The notes: generated from the letters alone by a model not told the origin. DNA of 63,982 nucleotides, filler included, from Octopus bimaculoides (GCF_001194135.2; 10 parts of 9 records of this genome joined end to end with filler, not necessarily neighbours in it), one strand, 5' to 3'. Positions 1-13,917 are shown, counted from the first letter of the whole stretch. A program made the numbers and translations.

Positions 1-349
1 TATATATATATATATATATATTTACTTCTTTTGGCTACTTTCATCTCTTCTTATAATTTCTTTCTTTATCTGAGCAATTTCCATGGTGCATCTGAAATAT
101 TTTGACTTTTTGTATCTTAGTTATGACAGTTTTAATGTTTTCTGACTATTTAATTATTTTACATATTAGCTATATTTGACAAGATTTTACTTAGTTATAT
201 TTTTATGCAGGACTGAAGTTTTATTTATGTTCTTGAAAAGGATCGACCTTGTATATCTCGATTTTTGCAATGTTTTAAAGTAATTAATACTGCATAGGTT
301 ACTTTTTTTAGCCTAACTATGTTTCCAAAGTAAAAAAAAAACCTTAAAA

Positions 350-900
350 CCTATTATTCTTACACATGCTTCATACAGCCTGGTTTTGGTATGAAGAGAA
401 AAGCCCAAAGTTGGCAACAGAGGTAATAGCTCCATAAACTTTTGCTTTTTTTCTTATTCAAGCAACTATATTATTACTACATGTAGCACAAATTAGACAC
501 ACTAAACATAGTAGATACCTACTATGTGTAGTGAGTCTCTTAGCTGTAGAGGTACTTCACTTTATGGGTACTCTTACAGTTATCTACTCTTGTGCATTTA
601 TGGCATCTGAAATTCTTGAGTCATGAACAGCCTGGCGGAAATTCCACTGTATCTGTTGTGCACCTAATCACTGCACTGAAGACACATTATTGAGTTCTTC
701 CAACTTCCTATCTACAAATTGAGCAAGGTAACTTCTCATATATCACTGGATGTTGTGTTCTCAGTAACTAATTAGTACTTCTGTGTTTGTTATGTTGACC
801 TTCAGTTCTTTGACCATTAAACTTTTTTTCTGGATTTGAAATATTTGCTGTGGCCCTTTCCCAGATTCAGCAATGAGAACCAAGTTATCAGCATAATAAA
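350..900 (-). mobile_element. Degenerate RTE-clade LINE fragment (RT C-terminal region)
   Basis: Manual minus-strand translation with frameshifts gives YYADNLVLIAESGKGPQQIFQIQKKSLMVKELKVNIT (YADD motif region), PCSICR, AKFMELLPLLPTLG and RLYEACVR. The last two resemble the better-preserved RTE copy at 56301-56520. Confidence 0.7.
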
Positions 901-1175
901 AGTTAATCATTGTATAAGATATTATTTATGTAACTTCATGAATTAAAATTTAAAGTCTGACATTATACAAATGTGAATTAAATGAAACTTAACAAGTATG
1001 CTACAATTTGCTTTGGGAGGTACATATATAATTATGAGTATATAATACACACTGTGTATTTGAGGTTTTTGGTAAAATGATATGATTGCCATAATTTAAG
1101 ATGACTGAAGGACTAATATAATATTGTTTGGTAGTGAAACAAAGTGTAGATTTTCTTTTACTATTTCAAACTTAC

Positions 1176-1369
1176 CTCCGACCTGATTCTGATAATAAAA
1201 ATTTATATTTTTGTATGCAAAAACATGCTTCATATTAGAAAAGAATGTAGCAACAGCATGAACATTGATGAAAAGATACAGATACTGTTCAGAACAATTA
1301 TCTTGATTCATCATCATTAAATATGATCTCGTATGAATCAGTGAGAAAGCCTCTCTATGGTTATGTAAC
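1176..1369 (-). CDS. Candidate internal coding exon of an unidentified gene
   Basis: Pyrimidine-rich acceptor TTTTATTGTGATTTCTCTTAG|G and consensus donor GAG|GTAAGT. Only one frame is open across the 194 bp: LHNHREAFSLIHTRSYLMMMNQDNCSEQYLYLFINVHAVATFFSNMKHVFAYKNINFYYQNQVG. No homolog recognised. Confidence 0.35.
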
Positions 1370-2387
1370 CTAAGAGAAATCACAATAAAATTTTCTTCAA
1401 ATTACACTATACCATATTGATCAGGAAAGCACACTGTGTATTATGTGCAAGATAGTCATTTCGCAAATTGTTAGAAAGTTGAACAAATCCCTTCCATTAG
1501 ATGTTTCAATGCTTTCCATTCAAATCCTGCTGAGGTCATCTTTGCCTTTCATCCAACCAAGTACTGAGATAGATGTCCCTTCAACCTTTTGTCTCAGAAT
1601 TGATAGTGAGAAGAACTTGGAAGGTCACTTAAAATATACTGCTTCTTTACAACAACTATTTCTTCTCTACTGCAGTGGAAGTATGTAGTTACTGAGCTTC
1701 AGACAGTGTGTGACACATAATGAGGATAAGTTTAAGATATGCAATGTCTGAGAAAATAACAGATTGGTTATTTGATCATTAATCTTCCTCAGTCAGGAAA
1801 GATTTGGAGCTACAATAACAATAATATATGACTTTATTTTGTAGAATTAACATCAATTCTCTGTTAATATTATTAAATTTAATGTAGTAAGTTTATAATC
1901 TTATTTTGAGAAGTCACTACTTATGTCCAAAACAATCTTAGAATTTTGTTGTGTAAAGATATTCAAACATAAAGCAAACAAATTACAACTTCATCTATTA
2001 ACAAAAATATACATATTTTGAAAGATTTTTGACTAATGGTCAAGAAATGAGACAATTTTAAATGTATTAATTCAGATAGCTAATTAACTTCTCATGCATT
2101 TCTATAAATTTAATGTCAGTTTTTATATGCATTTTGTTTGCTATCTTCAGTAAAATAACTCTAGTTACTTCAGTTTCAGAAGTTCATTTACTTTACAGTT
2201 CCAAGTATAATATATTGCTAGTGTAATGAAAATCTACCTCTTAAATTCATGATATCACCATTATTTAAATGCTAATAATTGCATCAATGTTATTTATACA
2301 AACTTATACTAAATGCATATTGAAATAATGCATATGTATCGACATACTCAGTTGTATCTTATAGTTTACATACCTCATAATTTAACT

Positions 2388-3316
2388 GGCATAACTACAG
2401 GGTTTTACCCCCCAGACTTTGGGAGGTCATAACTTTCAGAAAAATGAATATTTTATAATGAAATTTTCTATGCATATATTATTTAATATGTAGAATCCGA
2501 ATATACAAAAATGTCCGGTGAAAGTGTTTTGGAATGGGGGTGGGGGACGATTTTCGGAAATTCCAACAGAGTCCACTTAAATTCTTCTTAACTTCCAGGA
2601 AAATTAATATTTTTTCGTGAAATTTTCTACAAATATACCTTGATGTATGTACATTTCGAGCATGTAGGAATTTTGAAGGAAACAATTGCAGGTTATTTTT
2701 GAGAAGTGTTCCCCACTCGGTGGTGTTTCGGAGCAAGTCGTCCATAATTGTTTCATTTTNNNNNNNNNNNNNNNNNNNNNNNNNNNNNNNNNNNNNNNNN
2801 NNNNNNNNNNNNNNNNNNNNNNNNNNNNNNNNNNNNNNNNNNNNNNNNNNNNNNNNNNNNNNNNNNNNNNNNNNNNNNNNNNNNNNNNNNNNNGCTTATT
2901 ACTTCATTACAAATCTACGGATGCACATACGCACATAATAGAGAAAAATGAAACAAATATGGACGACTTGCTCCGAAACACCACCGAATGGGGAACGCTT
3001 CTCAAAAATAACCTGCAGTAGTTTCCTTCAAAATTTCTACATGTTCGAAAACTACATACATCAAGGTATATTTGTAGAAAATTTCACGAAAAAATATTAA
3101 TTTTCCTGGAAGTTAAGAAGAATTTAAGTGGACTCTGTTGGAATTTCCGAAAATTGTCCCCCACCCCCATTCCAAAACACTTTCACCGGAAATTTTTGTA
3201 TATTCGGATTCTACATAGTAAATACTATATGCATAGAAAATTTCATTAAACAATATTCATTTTTCTGAACATTATGACCTCCCAAAGTCTGGGGGGTAAA
3301 ACCCTGTAGTTATGCC
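2388..3316. mobile_element. Foldback/MITE-like DNA element with >=370-bp terminal inverted repeats and 8-bp TSD
   Basis: Left arm 2388-2759 is the reverse complement of about 2944-3316. Termini are GGCATAACTACAGGG...CCCTGTAGTTATGCC. Direct repeat ATTTAACT at 2380-2387 and 3317-3324. The centre contains an N gap (2760-2893). Confidence 0.9.
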
Positions 3317-3327
3317 ATTTAACTTAC

Positions 3328-3410
3328 ATGGAGAAATCTTCCACAGTATTGATTTGGTTAAATTGTGGAAATCTTAAACTGACTGAATGTTCCATCTAAC
3401 ATATGAATCT
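3328..3410 (-). CDS. Weak candidate exon, upstream of the 1176-1369 exon
   Basis: Acceptor TATTTTGCAG|, donor CAT|GTAAGT. ATG at 3395 opens MEHSVSLRFPQFNQINTVEDFS plus 2 nt, phase-compatible with the 1176-1369 exon. All frames from the 3410 acceptor contain a stop, so it works only as a first coding exon or via the TTAG acceptor before 3395. Confidence 0.2.
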
Positions 3411-6400
3411 CTGCAAAATAAATATGTTTTCTATGCAGGGTTGTGTTATAGAAGGCTGGCATCATTGTGAACAACTGAATTTTGATGCTTGTTGTGGTAG
3501 CAATAGTAGTGCTTTTTTGACTTTAGGAGATTATTTTATTAACTTTTGAAAAACATTTTCATCTCAATATTTGTAAATATTTAAATTAGATATATATAAT
3601 TTCTAATGTTTGAATTGTTATAACTATTGCATAATATTAGTTATATTGTCTCATAATTTGGGTGTACAAAAAATTACATTTTCCTAGTAATCTGAGTAAA
3701 TTTTTTATGATTTTTATCAGCTTTTACTTGAAAACTTAGAAATTGCAGCACAAATCTTTAGTGCATGAAACAATTTAAATAATTCTTTCATGCTCTGAGA
3801 AATTAGTTGTAGTTAAGGAAATTGTTATGAATTAAAGCTTCTAACAATAATTTATAATTTTAATAGCGTATTATATAGAAAGACATGTATTTGCTATTCT
3901 AGCTTCTATTTGCTGAATATGTTATATCTTGTAAATGGTCAGTGTACGAGGTCCTGCTTTTTTAAAATAAATGTTGCTAAACTTGATTTCAAATTTAATA
4001 GTGATGTTGTAGTATTAAATTTTCTAAAACAATAGTTTTACTTGAAACCGTTTGCTTCAGGGAAATTAAAATAGGGTTCTTATATCACATTTTTATCGTA
4101 AATATTTCAGTCCTATTTCAGTTTTATAAAAATAACTTTATGGGTATTATAATAATTAAAGTTGCATTGGATATGTTTTCTGAAACTCCAGTTCATTTCT
4201 TTTTCGTAAGTATATCAGCCAAAGTTACATCAAACAGCTCACTTTGTGATGATTATTGTATTAATTTAATTAATCTTCAACAGTTCATTTTCAAGTGAGA
4301 GTGTTATTTCTAACTTCCATCAGAACTTATTCAAAAATATACTTTGCCTCACTAATATTAGTTACTGATTCATTCCAGTGTTTTAGTGGTTCTGACAAAT
4401 AGGTTAAACACCTTTTATATGAGTAAAATTATGTCAAATCTGTTAGGATAGTTGAGATGTCTTCTCACAAAAACATTTGACAATGAGCTAATGCAAATTT
4501 TCAACAATAAGAATATATTGCTTTGTATGATATCTCTTATTACTGAGAAATCAAAGGATTTCTACAGAAATTTATTACTTTTTAAAACAAAGCATAACTA
4601 TTAAATGCAGACAATTAATGTTAAACATTAATCAGAAGTATTGTGTGAATGGGGTTCTAACTGAATTCAACATATTCTACAAAATTATTCCAGTTTCATC
4701 TAGGCTTAGTCTGAGAAAACTAAACATGACTTCTAGGAGTAAAGTTTTAGTTTTCTACTCTGAAGTTAAACTTCCTAGACATATATGCATACTTATGCTA
4801 TCTTAAAAACAGCAAAAATAAAATACATATTTCCTAATTATTCAATCAGCAGAAAAAGACGAATATTTTCCTATAATTTATTTTGCTTTCCCATAACAGA
4901 CAATCTGCAGTTTAGCATCCTTCTTTGGGGAAGCAATTAAGTAATGGCAGTTATACATTACTGTGCAAGGTATGACAAGGAAGTGAAACATAAGCCAAGA
5001 AAGTATAAATACACAATAAATATTTATCCAATTTTAGGTGGAAAAGTATTTGATAAATTAATTCAACAAGATACTGGATAAATATCTGGGAAATATCTCA
5101 TTGCAAGTTGTGCAACAAAGATTATTTTATATTAATGTACTCCAAATCAAAAACATGAATGTCAACATATTGAATGATCTTGTAGAGTGTTTACTTTATT
5201 GTCCGTTCTGTGGTAAAATATATGTTGATTAATGTTCTTCATTCATAGCATATGAAAAAAATACTCAGTTAAACTTTCTTGAAAAGAATTTCATAAAATT
5301 AAACAAGAGTTATCAATTTATTTTGTTTATTTTAAATTTGTAAGTATTAAAATATTTCAAGAGTGTTTTTCATGGAAAAGTCTTAGTGCTTTGATAATTT
5401 CTTTTCGTAACTTTTTCTGTTCTTTTACAATTTAAACAATGAAGGTTTTTCTGTATTTATGTTCACTGTCTTTTCCTTTCTTTTCATTTTGATTACATTA
5501 TATTTGATCATATATTTTTTATTCAGATGGAAATGTTTACTTTAAAATATTGTTATTTTTAACTGTTAAATTTCTACGAATACATATATTTTAGATTTAT
5601 GATTATCTCCTGGATAGACTTTTATATTTGTTCAGCAATTCTTTATGTTAGTCTTTCATGACATAGTCAGCTTCTGGTTGGTTAAGGTTAATATTTAGAA
5701 GTTGTTTGAATTATAGTTACCATTATTTATCTGAAACAATCTTCATAGATTGCACCAATAATTTTTAGAATACTGAATTGATGCAGGCTAATTTTTGATA
5801 TTTCAGTTTATTGAAAGAAGACTACCAAATTTTTTCAACTTCGAATCAAGTATATTTGAACTCAAATTTTTTTGTCATTCATCTTTTAACTGATCAGAAT
5901 TCAGTCTTTCATTAAAACTACATAAATTTTGATTCATTGATTAAATTATTTAATTATTTACTAATTTATGGAATTTTCTAAACTGCAATTATGTACTTAA
6001 GCTTTCGTGTTTATATGAAGTAATAAATCCTTGAGCTTGTGATTTTTTTAATACTAAACATTTCCTCTATTCAGTCATGAATGCTATCAAAAGCTGGTAT
6101 TATTCAATACTGGGCCTAAAATTTGAAGTTGAGATAATTTATTTTATAATATACTTATTCAAGTTGTTTTGTTCCCTTTTAATTAAAATCTCTTTTTTTA
6201 ATCAATATTGTTGAAGTTTTGAATTTTTATCTTTTATCTCTTAAAGCTTTTTAAGTAATAAGCAAAAATTGCTTTCTGTAAAGAATTGTTTTATCAGAGT
6301 CTCGATACAAAAAAGAAAACTATTAATAACTGTTCATTAAAACTTCAACTCATCATTTAGCTATTGTTCATTTGTCCTTTCATTGTGTTGTCCTCACTTT

Positions 6401-6539
6401 TTATCATTTCATTCTTTTTGTTAATGGTTGTCTAAAAGCCAGTTTTCTTTTTCATGCCATTGTAATTATTTTGGTTTGGATCTATGCCATAACTTTTCCG
6501 CAGCCATTTATCTATGTAATATTGCCATAGCAAAACGGA

Positions 6540-7400
6540 TATATAAGTCACTCAGGAAAAGAAAACATATACTAATGTGATTATTGTCATTTCTATTACT
6601 TAAGTAAAACAATTATTCCATTGGAATAATTTTTAAAATTCTTTTATTCTTTTATTGTTACTTATATAATATATTCAATGGTGCTATAGCAAGGTCATAT
6701 AATACAAATGCCACACACTTTTACTTACTGAGGGAATCTCAAAATGGCATTTTCCCATTGTAATTTAAAGATTTACGCCAATTTCTCCAGCAAATTCATA
6801 GTGAATTACTACTCTGAGGGATAAAAATATGTTATTTTATGTAAAATGTCCTATTTACTTCTAAGGATGTTTGTAACATGTTATGACTTCTGAACATGCT
6901 CTGAATCAAAACTTAAATTTTACAGTAAAATGGACGAGCACCTTGTAAAGGATGTCAAGTTACATTGAAAACATCTCATTAGATTCTGTTGGATCTAAAC
7001 TATCATGATATCAAAGCAAAATCTTTTAGCAACACTTGATTAATACTCATGGTACCTTTTTGCAGATAACACCTTTCATATCCTTGTCTGATGCCTCAAA
7101 GAACTATTTTCTCTATTTGGAACACCTGGTGCTATCCATAGTGATAGTATAGCTCAATTCCTGTTAGTAGAAATCCAAAATTTTCTTAGATAACAAGAAA
7201 TCATATAAAACAGAACCATTTTCAAAAATCCTAGAAGAAATGGGTAATGCAAGAACACCATCAGACAACGTGTAAGCCAGTGCAGTAGCTTTAGAATTGC
7301 AGAATCTTCCAGAATATCTTTTGGAAAATCATTTTTTCAGAGTATTTCATTCAATTCATTCTATGCTATGAATGTTATACTCCAGATGGTGTCTCTTCTA
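6540..7400 (+). mobile_element. Degenerate Ty3/Gypsy pol relic (RNase H end and integrase core)
   Basis: Broken translation: YISHSGKENI (cf. YRPGKEN), DSVGSKLS (cf. DFVGP), LD*YSWYLFA, FSLFGTPGAIHSDSIAQFL (cf. HSDRG.QF), NPRRNG and FHSIHS. Many stops and frameshifts. Confidence 0.7.
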
Positions 7401-9598
7401 TGATAATTTCTCTTAACCCTGATCTTATAAAAAAATCATATACATATATGCAAAAATGATCTGTTAATAGAAGAAACTGGGATGTAATTATGCGTTTTTT
7501 CATGAAAAGTAATGGATTTAACTTTGTGATTTGCCATTATTATGTCTGATTTCTCAAGATCAAATAGTTAAGCTTACAGAATCAGACTTACAATTGCTAA
7601 TTCAATTCTAGATTTCAGTAACACTCCCAATCCTCTCTCTTCCCACAACAATGCTATTTTTCAAGCGGAAGAATTTCTGAGAAGCAGCAAACGTAAGATT
7701 ATTTCTCAGTTTTCCCTATGGCTTATTAATGATGATTAACTTCATCATTTACAGGGAACTACTTTTACCATAAAATCTAATTTCGGACTTGAGTTACACT
7801 ATTATTGCTAACTTTTGCTAATTTTTCAATTTCATAGTTCATTGCTTTTCTTTAAATATTTAGTGTAGTTTTTAATAATTAGTGTATCATATGATGGGTG
7901 AATTCGCTCGGTACTTAAACCAGATGCTGAACTGTGGTATCAGTCATTGAAAAATCACTTTGATATATGGGTCTCTGATTGTTATTTTTTGTAACAGTGG
8001 TATTAAACAACTCTTCTGCTATTTGAGTCAAGTGTCACAAACTATTATTGTTTCATTTATTACATAACATCACAGAAACAAAAATCATATTAGAAATATA
8101 TACAGAAAACCATTAGTTGTGTTCTGTCCAACCTGGAGCATATTCTTTATGTTTGAATGCTATTCCTTTATACATTATTGTTGATACTCAAGATTGAGCT
8201 TCTATCCTTAAGAAAAGAAACAGCCAATACAAGAAGATATTTTACTTTAGTGATGTCTGGATTCTAAATAAATGAATAAAAAGAATAAGAAAATAATGGA
8301 GACTTATGCCTGCATTTCATAAAGTTTAGTTTTCTTTTTTATTCTTTTTCATTTTTCATTATCTACATTATTCACTCTCATATTGTTTGGGTAAAATTAT
8401 AATGTATGTACCTAATTACTGTAAAGAGTGGTAAAGGAAACCTTTTCTGTTTTATTCATCCTACCAAAAGAACAAAAACATCTGATTGATTTCTCAATAT
8501 ATAATGTTTTGTTGATAACAATAAAAATTTTAGGTAAAGAATTCCCAGTATTCTCACATTTGCACTACTTTATTCTGCAACTTAAAAAGGTTTATTTTTT
8601 TCTTATAGTTTTTTGTTTTTTTTTTTGCTTTTGTCTGTCTTATCATCCATCAATAACATTCATTCTAACTCTTGTTGTTCCACTTTCGTCTTTTCTAATA
8701 AAAACTGGGAAATTTATCTTTATTGCACCACTTTTATCAATACTATAATTCATGGATATCAAAAGAAATATTCTCATAGACTCATACTTTACAGATACAC
8801 ATGGAGCCTTAATTGTAGAAAGTATTTGATAAAAGTATGGATGCAGAGGCTATTATAAAATTTTGATTTTTATAAGTATATACATAGCCAAATATATAAT
8901 TTAATAAAACTTTCAATTCAATCCTTGCTCATAAATCTAATGTGTACATGTATAAGTACGCAGAGATTATTGTATAGTATATGTGTTTTGAAAGTGATGT
9001 TACTGACCAGACATTTTGTAAATTATACATTTTTATACAAGTAATTAATCGATTAAAGATATAAACAAAACATTGGGAACAGAGAAAAAGAATTTGAATT
9101 ATTTATATTAGATCATCTTTGAGTTATTAGTTTCCATATAAATTCCATATATATGAAGATAAATCAAAGTATGCAATTTCAGCTTCAGAAATCTGATTGG
9201 TTTAGTATTTCATACTGTTAGTTTCTCTTATACTCAAACTCTTTTATTCTCAACAGAATATACTTGAGTATTTTAATGAATTAATTTGTTGCTCATTCAT
9301 GTACTGATATCATAATTTTATTCAGAATATTACTTCCTTATTACTTATAACTTACTCACTACAAAATTTCATTTTGTTTATTTAAGTATGATTGGTTTCA
9401 AAGTATATTCTGATTCTTACAAGGTTGTTGAGTATTTCATAATAAATTTTGCTACTGTTCATTTTATTTTATGCTCACCTGGAAAATTGCTTTCGTTTAG
9501 GATTCATTTATTGAAGATATCTTGGTTGAATTTGTGAGGGTTGCTTAAACTTAATACTTTAATAATTCAATTTAGATTAATTGTTGTGTTAGAAATAG

Positions 9599-9634
<36 letters not shown>

Positions 9635-10049
9635 GTTTTGTATAAATGCACATTCTAAAGTGCAAGGTGAAGTTACAAAATTTCATGCACTTTTTTTTTT
9701 TTGTAATGGCTGAAATAATAGCAAGATGACACAATTCACTGTGGGGCCTGTGTATAGAGAGAATTGGTGAATGCTGGCTTGTCTATCAAACAAACTGATT
9801 TTTGTTTTATTATTCACTTATTAGGTTTTAATCATTTTATATTACTGTGATATGTTGTGATTCTTTAATTATTTTCCTGAGATTTGATGATTGTTGTAAG
9901 ATTGAAAAATATTATTTGGCTGAATGTAAGTTGTTTCTAGGATTATGGTTGACTGCAAGAAATCAGTTGTAACAGTCTTACTTACCTTAATTACCAGATA
10001 GTTCAAAGAATGAATATAAAGATGATCCTGGTTAGTTTCAATATGACCA

Positions 10050-10620
10050 GCCTCTCTCCGCGTATCCCCCATGGATTAAGCTTAAAAGCAGCTAAATTCT
10101 AGATAGATACCCACACAGAATTCAGAAAAAAATCCCAAAAGAGTTTATTCTTGAAGAATTATAATTCATGATAGAAAACAGTTATTTCTTTGATAACCCA
10201 TATTACCTTCAAATAAAAGCAACAGCAATGAACATGATAGCTGCAACCACATTTGCAACACTAGTATTGGGATTTCTTGAAGAAAAAGTAAATGCTTGTT
10301 ATGGGATTATCTTTGATTAGCTTTTCCAAGTCTATTTAAAAGGAAACTAGAAAACCGAATGACTGCTTCATATTTAGAACATAAGTAAGACCTGAAAATA
10401 CGCTTCAAGTCAATAAATAGCATGCAGAAGTCACTATGGAAATGAATGAAAGGGGGACTTCCTTCTTTTGACATTCTAGCAATTAAGGAAGATGAGTCTG
10501 TTAAAACTGAGCTCTCCTAAAAATCATGATATCTCACATTCAATCAAATATTACCTTTTAATCCTACAGCCATCATCAAATCTCAGAAAAATAATTTAAG
10601 AATCAGAAATTATCAACAGT
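10050..10620 (+). mobile_element. Degenerate Penelope-like element RT (Neptune-like)
   Basis: IPKEFILEEL*FMIENSYFFDNPYYLQIKATAMNMIAATTFATLVLGFLEEK (cf. YLQIKGTAMGTKMAP.YA.L.MG.LE), followed by a TMEMNE..LPSFDIL-like segment. Confidence 0.7.
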
Positions 10621-10654
10621 TAAAGACAACCACCAAATATTAAAAGACTCTCAA

Positions 10655-10701
10655 CAATGGCTAGCATGGGAGGCGGACGTTAAACGATGATGATGATGAT
10701 G
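10655..10701 (+). mobile_element. RTE LINE 3' tail fragment
   Basis: GCTAGCATGGGAGGCGGACGTTAAACG(ATG)n matches the 3' end at 48530-48572. Confidence 0.65.
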
Positions 10702-12954
10702 CAATATAACAATTGCTGGTGTCTTCTGTAAATGTGATTTTTGCTAGTTGTTTTGTTTTTTTTTACCTGTAGTCATGTCACATTTACCTACTAAGGTATG
10801 TTGAGTGCAGTTAAGTTGATTACACATATGTGTTTCAACATATATTTACACGATAATGATTCTAGGGCATCAATTTCCTGTCTCAGAGCTGAATTAGTGC
10901 ACCACTTAGTCTCCGTAACTTGGAAACTGCAGAACTCCCAGGTATGCAATATCACCTCCATTCAAAAGTTTTGTAGCTTTTGTCTCTTTATTAAAAATTA
11001 TTGTTATTTTTTGTTATTACAATAATCATACTCTTTCATTAACCCAACAGTATGAAATGAGCTTATATTTAAAATATATCAGAAAATTGTTTCTTTTTTT
11101 ATACCTTTATATCTTTTTTATATGTCAACAAAAGCATTAATGCAATATCAAACATGTCATAATTCCACTCAAGCTCAGAATCAATAAATCACAATATCAC
11201 TTAGTTAGTGTTTACAATCTTTAATAGATAAATTATAGTAAAGAACTCATTAATAGATGATACCATGGAATTTTAACTCACCTCTTGAGATATTAACTTC
11301 CATTAAGTTTTAAAATCAATGGAAGAAAATATCCAGGGAAATCCACTCCAAATGCAAAAATAAACCCAAACAGTACAAAAAAGGAACTGTTTTGATAGGA
11401 ATCTCTTTCTAAAATGTGGTTAAACTTTGTTTCTCATGCAGAAGAGTGTCTAACTTCAGTTTTTGTCTCCAAACAACAACACTCAAACTACAGTTTTGTG
11501 TAGTGTTGCAGATATTTGTTGTATAAGACTTTAACAGTTAAAATATAACTGTATGATCTAATTATGTCATGTAGGTAGTGTAAGCTACCTATCATTTGCA
11601 TACCATAAAACAATCAAAAGGCTACATCTTGCTATTTTTATTTATCTGATGTATCTATTAGTCTAATGGCCAGTTAATCTGCTGAGACTTGCAGTTGAAT
11701 AAATATTGCATACTTCTTGTGGGCTTTGAGTATGCAGTATTGAACTCAAACGAATCAACTTCTTGATTTTGAGCTTGGCCACTTATGAAATGTTTTATTT
11801 TTGTTGTCTGTTAATTAGGTCTTTGACATGATGAACTTTTATTTTACCTCCTGATACTTTTCTGTAAGTTCTATAATATAAGTTTGGCCATCACCACATA
11901 ATTTTTTGCAAGGACATCCAATTCTGAATTCTTGGTTATAGTCAAAAGATGACTACAGGGGTATACTCCTTTTATATATTTTGTATTCTTCACATTATTC
12001 TTTAGCTAATCTTAACCTTGTGCATAGAACATTCTTTGAATCACTGATACAAAATTACTCCCTCTTGCGAGACTTGTTTTTCAATTTCCTGTTTAGTTCT
12101 AAGAATTGGTTACAGTGTGTATTATATGGTATATGAGGTTGGGCAGATGGGCTAATGAGAAGAAGAAAGGCAAGTCTGTAAGCTTAGATGGAAGCAGTAC
12201 TTAGAATGTTTAAGGGAAAGTTGGGCAGAAAAATATACTATGAAATAAAATAGTTGGATGCTATGTTAGTGAAGAGGGGAAATTTTGAACTTATCCATAT
12301 AAATATGAAAAAAGGAGATATAACACCAATGATAAAATTATCTTCAATAAAACATCAAACCATTATTGCCAATATTGCCAAGCTTTTACTTTGTTTATAG
12401 AAAATAAAAATATTATTTGCTGTATTTTTGATTTGATTGACAAATGGTCAGAATATATTATCACTCAAAGTTGAGTAAAAAAAATTATTGCCTGATGTAT
12501 TGATCTGAGATGAAGGTTTTGAAGATATATTGATATTATGTAAAATATCAAATATTTACAGGTATTGGAATTAATACATGGATTATTTAGTTCTTTTGTT
12601 GTTGTCAGACATCTTTTCATTGCTTATTTTTTTATTATTCATCATATAAATTTATAATAATCATGTAATTTTCGTGAAGCGGTAAAGAAACAACTTGCAG
12701 TTCATAAAGTAGACAGAAACAAAAATAGAAATAAACTATATTGCTGTTTAAGACCAATCTGTTATTTTTACTTCTATTTTAACTACAAACCCTAATTCTA
12801 AAGCTTCTTTATCAAAAGGAAATGTTTTTCAAAGTGATATTTAAATGATTCAAGTTATGTCTATAGATACATTGCTTCAGAAAACTGACTACTATGCATA
12901 TTCCAGTTTTTGAATTGGTACACCATATCTTGGTGTTATAAAACTACATGAGGT

Positions 12955-13060
12955 AGCATCAGAAAGGGAATCTGGCTGTAAAACATTGCCTCAAAATTCA
13001 ATCCAAGCCATGCCAATCTGAAAAGACAGACAATGATGATGATGATCATCATCATAACAA
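12955..13060 (+). mobile_element. Degenerate RTE LINE 3' UTR and tail
   Basis: GCATCAGAAAGGGAATCTGGCTGTAAAAC...CCAAGCCATGCC...(ATG)n resembles the RTE 3' ends elsewhere in the window. Confidence 0.5.
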
Positions 13061-13917
13061 TGAAAGCGACGATGATATCTTCTCAATGTTTGTGTATGTA
13101 ACACATTAACTTATTATTTATCAATTACTCTATCAGTTGCAAGGTATTGATTTAAAGTCCATACAGAATTTGAAATGCACACATTGATTATTTAAATACT
13201 CTCTAGTTTTACTACATATACTGTAGCTAGCCATTTTTACACCAGAAATCATTAAAATCCATCAAATTTTCCTCACTTTGTAATAGCTCATTAAAATCAA
13301 ACAAAATAATTTAATCAAAATAATCTGCTGAAGTCTTTTAAACTGAGACTCAGGAACTATATGTTATTTGTCTTGTATTCAAGTTCTTTTCTGTTATAGA
13401 CATTTAAAAGAAGGTTTTGGAAAAAAGTCCACAATGTATTTACAGTAAACAAATGCAAATATATAATAGTCTTTTAAATTGTATGTCTTAATTTATTAAA
13501 CTAGTATATCATCTGCATTGAAGTTGCAAGTCATGTCTGTTGCTTATTTAAATAAAACATCTGCCCACTTTTTTTCAATATTTGTATATATCAGATATTA
13601 AAACTGTTTCTACATAAAATACCATAATCCAATTGAGTTACAACATTTAGTAAGAAAGTCATACTTGAAATCAGTTTACTTTTTGATATCAGAAGATAAT
13701 TAGATAATCAATTGAAAATAAATAGATGAAAAATGCTGCTCTGCTTTACTTGACTGCCTTTAAATATTTATCATTCATACTGCAATCAACATTGTTGTTG
13801 TCCACAGTATAACTCTTATTTAAATTTGTTTATACGATTAAAATAATGCCTTTGCCTAGCATTATTTTACTTTCAGTTAGATTATAAATCTTGAGACTTC
13901 TCACACTTTTATGACAA

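Noticed and set aside
200-300. CR1-like RT motif IDLVYLDF
   Set aside because: A single short motif with no convincing flanking continuity.
4890-5190. Possible Helitron helicase relic (QLSNG; VLQIKNMNVNILNDLV)
   Set aside because: Only two short, loose motif resemblances in AT-rich sequence, and no termini.
9990-10072. Minus-strand exon candidate ending AAG|GTAAGT (…HSLNYLVIK), phase-compatible with the 3395 start
   Set aside because: No convincing acceptor, and its 5' part overlaps the plus-strand Penelope relic.
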